Below the pieces are notes generated by a model, which saw only the letters and a list, made by a program, of their open reading frames with translations, did not search any database and was not told the DNA's origin. The position numbers were made by a program, and so were the translations under genes. From Auanema rhodensis (Eukaryota > Animalia > Nematoda), in NCBI GenBank assembly GCA_964057225.1, contig OZ059899.1, forward strand, positions 13,950,001 to 14,014,000: DNA of 64,000 nt, in the 5' to 3' direction. This document shows, in pieces, positions 13,829-24,360 of this stretch; the stretch's first letter is position 1, and every line of letters starts with the position of its first letter.

Positions 13829-13982
13829 CTGAAGATTGAAATTAAAAATAAGGGTTCTGTAGATAGTTTACTTACTGTTTTTCCTGTATTTTCTGCGAAA
13901 TGGAAGTTAATTATCAACTGAAGATCGGTAATACGATCAAGTTCGAATGTAGGTAATGTGTGTGATGTAAAACTCGGACCCG

Positions 13983-14036
13983 CTAAGGAGGACGAACGTG
14001 AAGGACGAGGATTTGGGTCTCAATATCTGGACCCAT
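13983..14036 (-). promoter_or_regulatory. AUG uORF of smd-1, 17 aa: MGPDIETQILVLHVRPP*
   Basis: ATG 14036-14034 to TAG 13985-13983. It is the only AUG in the leader, is out of frame with the main ORF and ends Pro-Pro-stop. AdoMetDC mRNAs of mammals and plants carry regulatory uORFs. Confidence 0.85.
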
Positions 14037-14155
14037 ACAACCCTGAAAACAAACAAAATGTGAAACACGTTTTTATGAATTATTTTGTATGCAAGCATTA
14101 AATTTTTCCGAATGAACAAGCACAAAAATTTGTTTAAAAAAAAAACAAAAGTTTA

Positions 14156-14239
14156 TGTCATCCGCAGGATTCGAACCTGCGCCCTCCGGAGAGGACTGCG
14201 ACCTGAACGCAGCGCCTTAGACCACTCGGCCAGAATGAC
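14156..14239 (-). tRNA. tRNA-Leu(CAG), within intron 2 of the smd-1 5' leader, same strand
   Basis: GTCATTCTGGCCGAGTGGTCTAAGGCGCTGCGTTCAGGTCGCAGTCCTCTCCGGAGGGCGCAGGTTCGAATCCTGCGGATGACA: A and B boxes, long variable arm, CAG anticodon, downstream oligo-T terminator. Confidence 0.97.
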
Positions 14240-14287
14240 TCTACTAAACGGCATAGAAGACATGGTAGACAAGCAAACCTCTTCTAG

Positions 14288-14524
14288 TCAGCGAAAACGA
14301 GCTTTGTAGTCTCCGCGATCTACTTTTGGTGGAATATCTTCTGCCCAAAGGAACAAACCACACGAGGAATGGGACCACGTGGGGGTAGAGAAATTAGCTT
14401 TGGTGTCTTTCAACAGCTGGATTTTGTCTGCTATTGACCTGAACAACAGTGGGATCAGAATAAGTTTGATATATCAGTGATTATACCAAGATGGGCTGCG
14501 TAGGGCTGTTAGATACCCTGTCAC
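14288..14524 (-). promoter_or_regulatory. AUG-less upstream ORF (candidate GUG start at 14524) ending UGA-CUAG, in frame with the 17-aa uORF
   Basis: Spliced frame VTGYLTALRSPSWSIADKIQLLKDTKANFSTPTWSHSSCGLFLWAEDIPPKVDRGDYKARFR*, bounded 5' by an in-frame TAG (14566-14564), with no ATG. It continues UGA CUA GAA GAG/GGU UGU AUG. Confidence 0.6.
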
Positions 14525-17164
14525 AGCTCCTCTAGTCGGTGAGTTAACAAGTAGAAAGTGAGACTATAGAAGCCTGAAAAGTAAGATTGTAAGTTGAAAA
14601 GTTCAGAGATCAAGAGATCAAACAAATCGGAGGAAATAGCAGAAAGACATGATGCATAATATGAAAGCTATGAAAATAAAATTTGATTATGAGATCAAAA
14701 ATGAATAAAAGTAGAATCGAGTTCTTGAATATATAATCAAGATATTCCAATCCCCCTGCATTATAGAAAAAGTTTAACATCAATCAAGCTGGTTAGCATG
14801 GAATTAAACGGAAAATGTTTCCAGCTCAGTTTAAGATTGAATGCTTTTTGAACATTTTTGAAAGGAAATTATCTTAAGGGGATGCTCTAATGAGCTTTGA
14901 AGATGACATGGGTTGGCTCCACATGAGTCGAAAACGAAAACTGAGCTATTGTTCAAAGAAATAGAGAAACATGATGAGGACATAAAAGATCTGATAATGG
15001 TGGAACTTGTGCTCTCTCGGAGAAAAATGTTTCTGAAATATCGTCTAAAACGGAAACACTTTAAAGCAACAACGAGAAAAAATGGGCGGGAGTATATCTA
15101 TCAAAGATAGAGAGAAAGAAAAATATACAGGGAGAGAGGGAATGAGCAAGGAACAGAGGAAGACAGAAAAAACAGAATAAATAAGGGCGTGCGAGCTAGA
15201 TATATGGATAGTGAGATAGAAGACAATATATATTGAAGAATTTCTGGGAATGGATTCGTATGGCTTCATCTCGTTCACGTAAGACTGGTAAAAGACAACA
15301 AGCTTCCATTTTTGATGAAACTTTTGGAAGAGAAGCAACATGAGAAGTCGCAAATGAATAAGTAGGTTAGGAGAGACAGGAGAGGCAATGAGGTGTAGGA
15401 AGAAGACATACCACTTTCAAATGAAACATGAAGTAAGAAAAAACAAAAAAAATGTTCTTTCATATGAAATAGAAACGGAAAATGGACGAAGAAGGAAAAA
15501 GCAGGAAAGCGAGGTAGAGCCAGAGAGATATATTGGAGAAGTTAGAGTGTGCGAAGGAAACATAATGAACGATAGGAGAGAAAGAGATAGAGAGAGAGAG
15601 AAAGAGAGAAAAGAAAAAGAAAAAAGAGAGAGAGAGAGCTCTTTTAAATAAGAAGAGACATGAATAGACATCTGATCGATTTAGCAGAGCACATTGGAAC
15701 TAGGAGAAGGGGAATACCCCCTTTCTCGGTTCCTATGCCATTCCCAGCATGTATTGCCTGTTGTGGAAACTACGTCACTTCATGCTACATCATAGCTCTA
15801 ACCCATTATTTTCTAAGAAGCATTATATCCATTTCTATATTATCAGCTTCTTAACATCTTTGAGATTTTCTGGGGTACTACATCTCCTATTCTGATTCTA
15901 TCTTTTGATTCGTTTTTTACTTCCCTTCGAGACACAAGCATGTATAATCATATATGTATGTATGACAAGACAAATGAGAAAAAAAATAGAGGTTGGATAA
16001 GAGAGGGATAGGGAACAGACCAAGAAAAAGGAGAAAGAACGAAGAGCGTTCGCCAAAAAACAGCTGTAAGCTTGGCTCTTTTTCGTTCCTCCTTCTCTTT
16101 CTCACAAGCGAATGTTCATTCGTGGCATATTGGCTGTTTTGCTCATTTTTCTCCCATTTTTTTGCTTTTTCGCTTGTTCTTGAGCTTTTCATGTTCCACC
16201 ACGTCAAAACTTATGTATTTTGGTAGTCTCTCTCCCTCTCTATCTCTATCTCTCTCTATCTTGATGGCCAATGTGCAACAACATGCACAAAAAGAGAATG
16301 ACATATACAATATAGAAAATAGTTGTATGGAAAAATCGGATGAAAAGAAACTTTCAGTTATGATGGAGCGAAAATACTCAGAAACGATAATGGGTAATGA
16401 AAGAATGGTAAGATAAAACTTGAGCACACGTGAGGGTTTGGTGATATCATCTAGGCTTGACTTGATTACACAATACGGCCGTCACATTATCGTTATTGTC
16501 TGAGTATGTCAACCACGTCAAAGGTTTCAGAAGATGACAAAAAAAAACTTTTGAAGATCATTTGACTCACAGACGTCATATCTCTAGAATACATAACAAT
16601 AACTGGTAAAGAAGTGAGAGAGAGAGAGAGAGAAAGAGAAAAAAACGAGAAAAATCTCTGTCAGTTGGCAAATATCAGCTGTTTTGTGAACAACTACAAC
16701 AAAATAATTTAAAATTTGAAACACATTCATTGTCTATCCAACTGGAAAAAAAATGAAATTTTAAAAATGTATTTGTAAAAATGGCTTAATCGGTCTGGAC
16801 ATGTATTCTTGCCGACCCTGTCTCTCGTCTATAACAAAAAAAGTCGGAAAACAACTAAGCTGGATAGTTTATCCGACGAAGACATGTTGATTACGATGGC
16901 TTCAGCCTTGGAGATAAGCTTGTAGTAGGTCTGTTGTGTTTTCAAAATGGTAGAAAGCTGGCAAAAGGAATGTGGAAGAGGGAACGAAGGAAAAATGGAT
17001 AGCGAATCCGAAACTGACGGAACATGTATGTTTATTTGGTTCAAAACGACTTTGTTCTTGTGATTGTGGCTACTGAAAGGAGGTAGATGGGGTATAGAAT
17101 TCGTGAACATACTCTTAGCAAAAGTAATAAATTGAAAAAATAGAATGTTAGATGGAGTGCATTA

Positions 17165-17172
17165 CTCTCTCC

Positions 17173-17258
<86 letters not shown>
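17165..17258. repeat. (CT)n microsatellite, ~94 bp
   Basis: Near-perfect CT dinucleotide run. Confidence 0.95.
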
Positions 17259-20200
17259 AATGATTCAATTTTCTGTTTGAAAGTATGAGAATTTCACGTT
17301 CAAAAATTGCAAATGTGAGTCTAAAGCCATTTTTTTTTCAGAAAGTTGCTCATTGGGAAGTTGAAACGGCCTTTAGAGCTGCTCAACTCGAATATCTTAT
17401 CTCAAGGCTGAATGAACAGAAGACAAAAAAACTTCAAAAAGGCTGAAGAGAGAAAAGGGACAAGAGGGACTAATTGACTGGAACGCTAGAGAGGCAAGTA
17501 AAGCTGAGAAGTTTTCACCTGGTTTTTTAAAAATTCAATTGGACAGATCCATAAAAACTGCTCTGTTAGTGATGTCATGTTAAGCTTATCGAGAGAAGCT
17601 GCTTGATGTTCGTCAGCTAACGATTTCAGGAATAAATCGTCGATAAAAAAATAAGAAATATAAAGAGGCAGCGGATATTGAAAGTCTTGTTGAAGAGGAA
17701 GGAAGTAACATTGTGAGGCGGTAGTTTGTGGATAAGACAGCTACTGAGCTGCATCTGCTAGCAACTATCATCAGAAACTAGCATTTGAAAACAAAAACGT
17801 TTTGATAAAGAGTTAGATGTTGGTGTTCTCCAGAGAATAATCTGATAATAAGATTGAGCAAATCCAAAAATAGGACGACATCCATCGGCATAGATTGAAG
17901 ACGATGAGACGAAGAAATGATGATAGCGAGCAATGAGATGAGAAGCCGACATTTATATTCTCAGCTATTTTCTTTCAATCCAAACGACAGTAAGCAATTA
18001 GATAGAGAACTGAAATTAATGCTTTCATATTCGCTCTTATATTGGCTGTCAAAGTACAGACAACCAACAGATAACACCATGTAGGGTCATGATATGAGGA
18101 ATGATAAGCAAATACCAACGCAATTCAATTATGATTTTGCAATTGCAAAAAAAGTATTTCTTCATACTTTTATTGACATTTTACCTCCGGATTGCTTTTA
18201 AGGAGGAGTTGCTTTGATTAGATTTCCCACACAAATATCAACTAAATCTCATAAAATATATAATATTACTGTTATATACATGATATTGTGTTGTGAAAAG
18301 AATCTCTAGCTAAGTTATCTTAGAAGCAAGTGTAAACGTAGCGTACATGTTCAAATTTTTCGAATGTGCAAATAGAGTTCCTTGTAATTGATTTTGAACT
18401 AATTGAAAACATGTATACAGAGAGAAGCTTGGAATAATATAATACAATCCTTTGCTTGTAAACCAAACGATAGATAGAACTTTTAAGGTAGTTATAGGGT
18501 GAAGTATCAAAATGCGGTCGTAAACTTGAAACGTTTCAACAATTTCACTTGTCTTCGACAAGTAACGAGCGAAAATTAAGTTAGAAAATGGATTTCTATG
18601 GAAACTCATCCCACTTTTAACTCTCATAATTACCACATTGGGAATGGACTTTGATTAGCTGTGAGCTCGGCTCGCTTTCATCAGGTCTCTAAAAGTGAAA
18701 AGAAGGAAAAAACTAAGTTCGAGAACGAAAATCGAAGAAAATATGCTTATCTAGGGCAAAACCGGGTCTTTTAACTATACTGACAACGAATCCTAACACG
18801 TGAAAAGCACATTTTGACATAGATAACGTGTTCACCTTTCGTATCTGCCATGAATCAACGTAATAAATATTTAAAAAGCCACCAACCCGATGTTATATTT
18901 TTGATTTTCAATTTTAAAAACAAGGTATCAGTTTGTATTCAATGATTATTGTAACATTTCGTAGCAAAACATAAGTTGATAAGTGTCCAATAGACTGGCA
19001 CGATCGTGGTCATAGCTTCTAATCTAATAGCCAACATCAATAACCTGATATAACTGTCAAATGTTGACAATCACAAGATTAATTATAAATAATCACTTGT
19101 TATGAAATAATAATTGTGCTGGAAAGTTTCGGGAAAACAAACCATATTATTCTGTTTTATTTACAATATTCTCTCTTTCCATCTTCCTTCTCTCTTTTTT
19201 TGTATAGATCTTTGGCATTGAGTAACAAAAGCTGTTTGTCAGTTTGTCTCTGTTAATATAAATGAATGCTAGATCAAATGTGAGATATGAATCGCACTAT
19301 ATACCTTAGTTGTAGAATGAATAATGAATTCTTAACTTCAAATATAGAGAAATTTGACTCATATGGTATATCGTAATAGGAATCAATAGTTGTTTCTCAG
19401 CTGTAACTATGACAGATGTGTGGCACCAAGGTTATCTCTTCTAATACAATAGAAACGTATTTCTAAGTATTTGCGATTGAGACAAATCTTTTCACATGAA
19501 CTGCTGAAAGGAAGTCCTTCTTCATCGACATAATGTGCTGACACTTGAGAACTCATAAGGAAACTTTTTTCAATAACAATCTTCTAAAATTGCTTGTCAT
19601 GCTCATTTCCAAGACATTTATCTCATTTTATTCTGAATAATATACGAATGTTAAAGCAGTTTAGATTATGTTCCCTCATAGCTGTTTTACCAACAAAAAA
19701 AAATCTCTGTCTGAGCTTGCTTAATGTTCTAAATTTTCCCGTAATGATGCTGAACAGATTAGCGAAAAAACTGCGAATCGAACATTTTTTGAATAATAGA
19801 ATGAGACGCGCGAATTTAAGGATTAAATAGAATCGCTATAGAGAATAGACATAGAGCACCTTGCAGCTCAGAAAAAAATAAATTCTAGACCAATGGCAAT
19901 GCAGATTTAGTGGGAGGACAGGGGCCATATTATAAAATACTTAGGCTATCCTTTCTATTCATAATTAATATAGGAATAGTATTACATATCTTTGCCCACA
20001 TATTTTATTAACTTCTAAACTCAAACAAAACTAAACTTAACTTAAACTTTATACCTTGTTAATTTGAACCCTGACGTGGACACAACCTCACACCACGAGT
20101 GCACAGGCACAATAAAGACAGCACAATTAAAGGACTGCGCTGCCTTTAGTTTAAACGTCTCAGCTGGAATTTGTTGCCGCGCGCGGCAGCCGTTGTTTGT

Positions 20201-20631
20201 TTCTTTCCTTCTCTCCGGTTCCTCTCGCTATTTTCAATGGGCGTTTTTTATTGCTAGTTTTTAGTTGTAGCTCCTCCCCGTCGCATCAGTTTTTATGACT
20301 ATCTTTCCTGAAGGCCCAAAAAGACCATGTTGTTTTCTTTATTTAATTCCATTTGGCCATTCTCTTCCGAATTTCTTTTTTGGAAGTGAACAAGTAGCCA
20401 GTTGCCGCCTTTTTCATTTTTGAATTCGTTTGAAAGTGAACAAGTTGCTCGCTGCCTCCGATTTCATTGTGAATCTGTCAATAGCACGTAGCCTTGAAAT
20501 GTTTCAGCATGGCGCTATCTTTAAAAGTCACTCAAATGATGTCACGAGGCGTATCCTCATCTTTATCTTCAATTTTCCGTCCAACTCTTTCACAGAACGG
20601 TTTCATTCAAGTTAAACATTTTTCAGGCGCA

Positions 20632-21090
20632 ATGGGTCTTCAGATTGAAACTCTCAACCAAGGAGATGGTTAGTGCTATTTTTTTTTAGTTTTATTATCA
20701 TTGTTTTTTAAGGAGCTAACTTCCCCAAAAAGGGAAACAAGGTTACCTGCCACTACGTCTTGACTCTTGCTGATGGAAAGAAGGTTCTTGTTTTCTTTCG
20801 ACTTTATGATATATTTTTGAATCTGTAGGTTGACAGCTCCCGCGATCGCGGATCCCCATTCAGCTTCAAGCTCGGATGCGGAGAAGTCATCAAGGGATGG
20901 GATGAGGGTCTTGCCCAGGTAAGCAAGAAAATCGATAACATTGTGTTAACTATATTTTCAGATGTCAATTGGTCAACGTGCTAAGCTCACTGTACCACCT
21001 GAGCTCGGATACGGATCCAGAGGAGTTCCAGGAGCTATCCCAGCCAATGCCACCCTTACCTTCGATGTTGAGCTTCTCAAGATCAACTAA
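20632..21090 (+). CDS. fkb-2: FKBP12-type peptidyl-prolyl isomerase, 4 exons
   Basis: [108 protein letters not shown]. Strong C-ending codon bias suggests high expression. Confidence 0.96.
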
Positions 21091-21302
21091 TTTAAGATCT
21101 TTTTAAAAATCTTAAGCTATTTTTCTATGAAAATGCTTGAGTACATTGTTGTTTTTATAAAACATAAATTTTAATGCTTTCTTTGAGAGGTAATTGAACA
21201 ACGAAGATCATTGCGTAAGTCATGAAAATACCCGATTTGAAAATATACAACAGCAAATAAAACTTGTAAAAAAAGTAAATATTGAATATATCGCTTAAAG
21301 AG

Positions 21303-24300
21303 CTAGTCTCCAACTCTCCACCCCGGTCGTAGCCAAGCCATACACACGACCAGTATCGTCTGCCACCCAAATACTTCAGCCATACACCCTTCAGCTCTAA
21401 GATCTGGCTCGTATATCAAAACATTGTCTATCATGTGCATATATCCGTTAATTCCTAAAAAGACCAATCAATACCAATAAAGACTGTAGATTTTTGCCAA
21501 CCTGCAATCTCTCCTCCTTCAATAACTCTTGCGACACGGTTGCCTCTTGGCCAAAACAGTTCGAAATCTAAAAACAATCAACGTCTACGGTATAAATCTT
21601 AAAAAACATGCATCTTCCTCGACGTCTAATAACAACTTTTTCATCATTCATCATCACATAAGTTCTTTCTCTCAAATCTGTATACATGAGTGCCTGGAAA
21701 AGCATACATTTTTGAAGTTAAAATTTGTAGTTCTATTTGTATAAAATCGATTTTTATGATTAAGAAGATCACCTGTCCTTGTAGAATGTGTCTTTTATAA
21801 ACATATTGTAATGCTTGCCAGTGATTACCATCATTCATACGGTTCCGTAACGAGGGTGCAACCTAAAATTTCATAGTTATGCTTTCATTTCCAAGTATTT
21901 GAATTGATTCGTTGTGTAAAGATTGCGGATATCTCACCTTATCCCATGCTTCATTTGTTGGAACAAAGAAAGTAAAATTCTGTTCCGGTGTAAGCACTTG
22001 CCAAGGATCAAGAGCGTAACGTAGTTGTAAATTGCTTAGCATTTGGAAGGACGTTCTTTAAAGGTTGTCATGTCATTCACATTGTAATATTTACAAAATA
22101 TAAAAAACGTACTGTAGGCGTGTCTCATTCCTTAAAACTTCCCAAAGTGATTGATACGGAACTCCCAGAACTCGCTCAATGTAATGTACGATGCCATTAG
22201 TAGCAGCAACATTATCTTGAATAATTGCGGTTCTAATTCCTCCTCCAATTACGTAGTAAGCTGAAATGAAGAAAGATTTCATCATTAGCTCCAACTATGT
22301 ATCGATTAATTTCTTACTAATATTATTTTTTGGCCATTCCCCTTTGACAAAGTACAACTGACGCATATTGTCGACAGTATTAACAATAGTATCGTTATTA
22401 ATTTCGTCGGATGTCAACTCTTTAGCCGGTACAATATGAAGTTTCAAAATCTGCAAAGCGGTAGATTTAAGAAGTTTTTCGAAAGACGCTACACACACCT
22501 GTTCTAACCAGACTCGATCACGCAACAGACGACGCTCAACTTCTTCGGGAATTCGTTCAAAAGCTTCATTATAAGGTGCAAAGAAAGTTACAAGTCCACC
22601 GGTAGCTGAGAAATAGTTTCGAACAATCTGGCCGATAGTATTGATGTATCTCATTAATGTAGTACAACGATAATTATCCATTAGAAGCTGAAATTAAGTT
22701 CTTTGATCTCTGAATACGTAATGTTCAGCTACTCACTTGGTCTATTGTGTTTGAAACAATTCCAAGAACATTATCGATAATGTGTACAACTCCATTCTGA
22801 ACTGGGATGTTGGGAACTAAGATTTTGGCCCAAACAGCTCCTCGACGAAATTGTGAATAACGCTCATATACTTCAGATACAGCATATACTATGATGTAAT
22901 TTTTTAAAAATAAAAACTTGAATTTCCAAACATACAATCATAACGCCCAGTACGACGATCAGTAATATTTCGCATAGAAAGCTTAAGTTTGAAGTTATCC
23001 TCAATAATATTTGATGAAAATCTAAATGAAACTAATTATTAAAATATATTTTCATTGAGCTAACCTAACGGATGGATAATAATGAACACCTCCATCATAT
23101 AGCCATGGCCATGTGAATAAGACACGATTCATACCAGTAACATGAGCAAGTAATACTTCACGATCAATTCTGTTACGATCAATTACCTGAAATTTTTAAG
23201 AAATTTAGTGTTTTACTTGTATTCATAAACGGTAAACCTTAGCAAAAGCTTTGTCAGTAGGCAAAAAAAAGGTATGAAAACCATTCCAAGCTGAACTACC
23301 AAAAATTACGAGAGAAATATCAGGCACACGATTTAAAATATCTCTTATTTCTCTTAAAAAAACATTTTTAAAAATTAAAACTTGAGCAAATATTCATTGT
23401 AAAAACTTACGTTAAATCATTATTGTTATATTGACGATCTTCGAATAGTATTTGTTCTTTATCTCGAATAAATGACAAAGCTGTTCCTGGATATGGTCTA
23501 TGACCAAAAGGTGTGCAAATCTGAAAATTCGAATTTAAAATAGAAAAACATTTAGATTGAAATGAGAACATGAAAGAGATTAACAATGCATTTACACATT
23601 TGCCCTTTGATGAAGTCCACGTCAACTGTAATACAGTTTACGTGAAATTTTTTTCATTTAAGACAAATTCATAATGAAGAACGGTTGCATTTGAATTCCT
23701 TCAATAACGTCTATGTAGCTAGTGCACAAGACAGATTCAAGCAGTTCATTTTCAAGAATAAAAATCAGAAGATCGTACCTTAAAGAGATATTGTTCTCCA
23801 CTAATCATTCCCCATTGGTTAGAAGCGTGGTTACATAACATACCAGCATTAGCAAAATAAGACTAAATGAAATATTTATATGATATATAGCTTTGATAAA
23901 TTAAAAATCTTACAAAATTTCCGGGGTTATTCTCGAATTGAGTTATGTAAATATAGCCGCTGTTTATCGTTGATCGAATTAACGTCTGTTTTTCCCATTT
24001 CTGTCCTTGGGTTATTTCAACAACTTGAGAATCAACTGAAAAATTAATTTCATATAATGTTTGAGTTAATGGGAAATTACCAATATGACTTAAAGTTTCT
24101 TTCTGATCTAAAGCACGAATATCTGGATTGTACGTGAATACATCGTCTACAGGAGCAAAAACTGTTACACGAGCATTACTATCTTCCATATAGGCTTTGG
24201 CTACAGTATAACGACCACATAAAGCTCTCCATTGCTGTAGATCACTGATTCTTTCAGTTTCCGTCCATAGATCAGCAGAAATGTGTTGCTGGCAAGATAA

Positions 24301-24360
24301 TATGAGCAGTAGAATCAGCCAATTCAGTGAATAAGGCGAAGTTATTCGATTTTTATACAT
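21303..24360 (-). CDS. Fasciclin-1-like adhesion protein with four FAS1 domains, signal peptide and hydrophobic (possibly GPI) C-terminus
   Basis: Four FAS1 H1 motifs (TVFAPVDDVF, TFFLPTDKAF, TFFAPYNEAF, TFFVPTNEAW) and H2 motifs (NGVVHIIDNVL, NGIVHYIERVL, NGYMHMIDNVL). TAG 21305-21303. Confidence 0.92.

Larger units (their letters stand above)
13829..14573 (-). promoter_or_regulatory. Spliced ~414-nt 5' leader of smd-1: exons 14573-14487, 14438-14279, 14042-13876; introns 14486-14439, 14278-14043, 13875-13829
   Basis: Acceptors TTTTCAG (14580-14574 and 14049-14043), TTGTTCAG (to 14439) and CTTCAG directly before the main ATG. Donors G/GTATAA, AG/GTTTGC, A/GTAAGT. Exons are more GC-rich than their flanks and contain a single AUG. 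Confidence 0.75.

Noticed and set aside
14288-14290. Leader UGA as a selenocysteine codon
   Set aside because: No redox-type motif and no SECIS recognised in the smd-1 3' region; CUAG-type readthrough is the simpler explanation. A SECIS search would settle it.
14913-16427. Cluster of short ORFs upstream of smd-1
   Set aside because: Products of GA/CT-rich low-complexity DNA, with no splice logic or homology.
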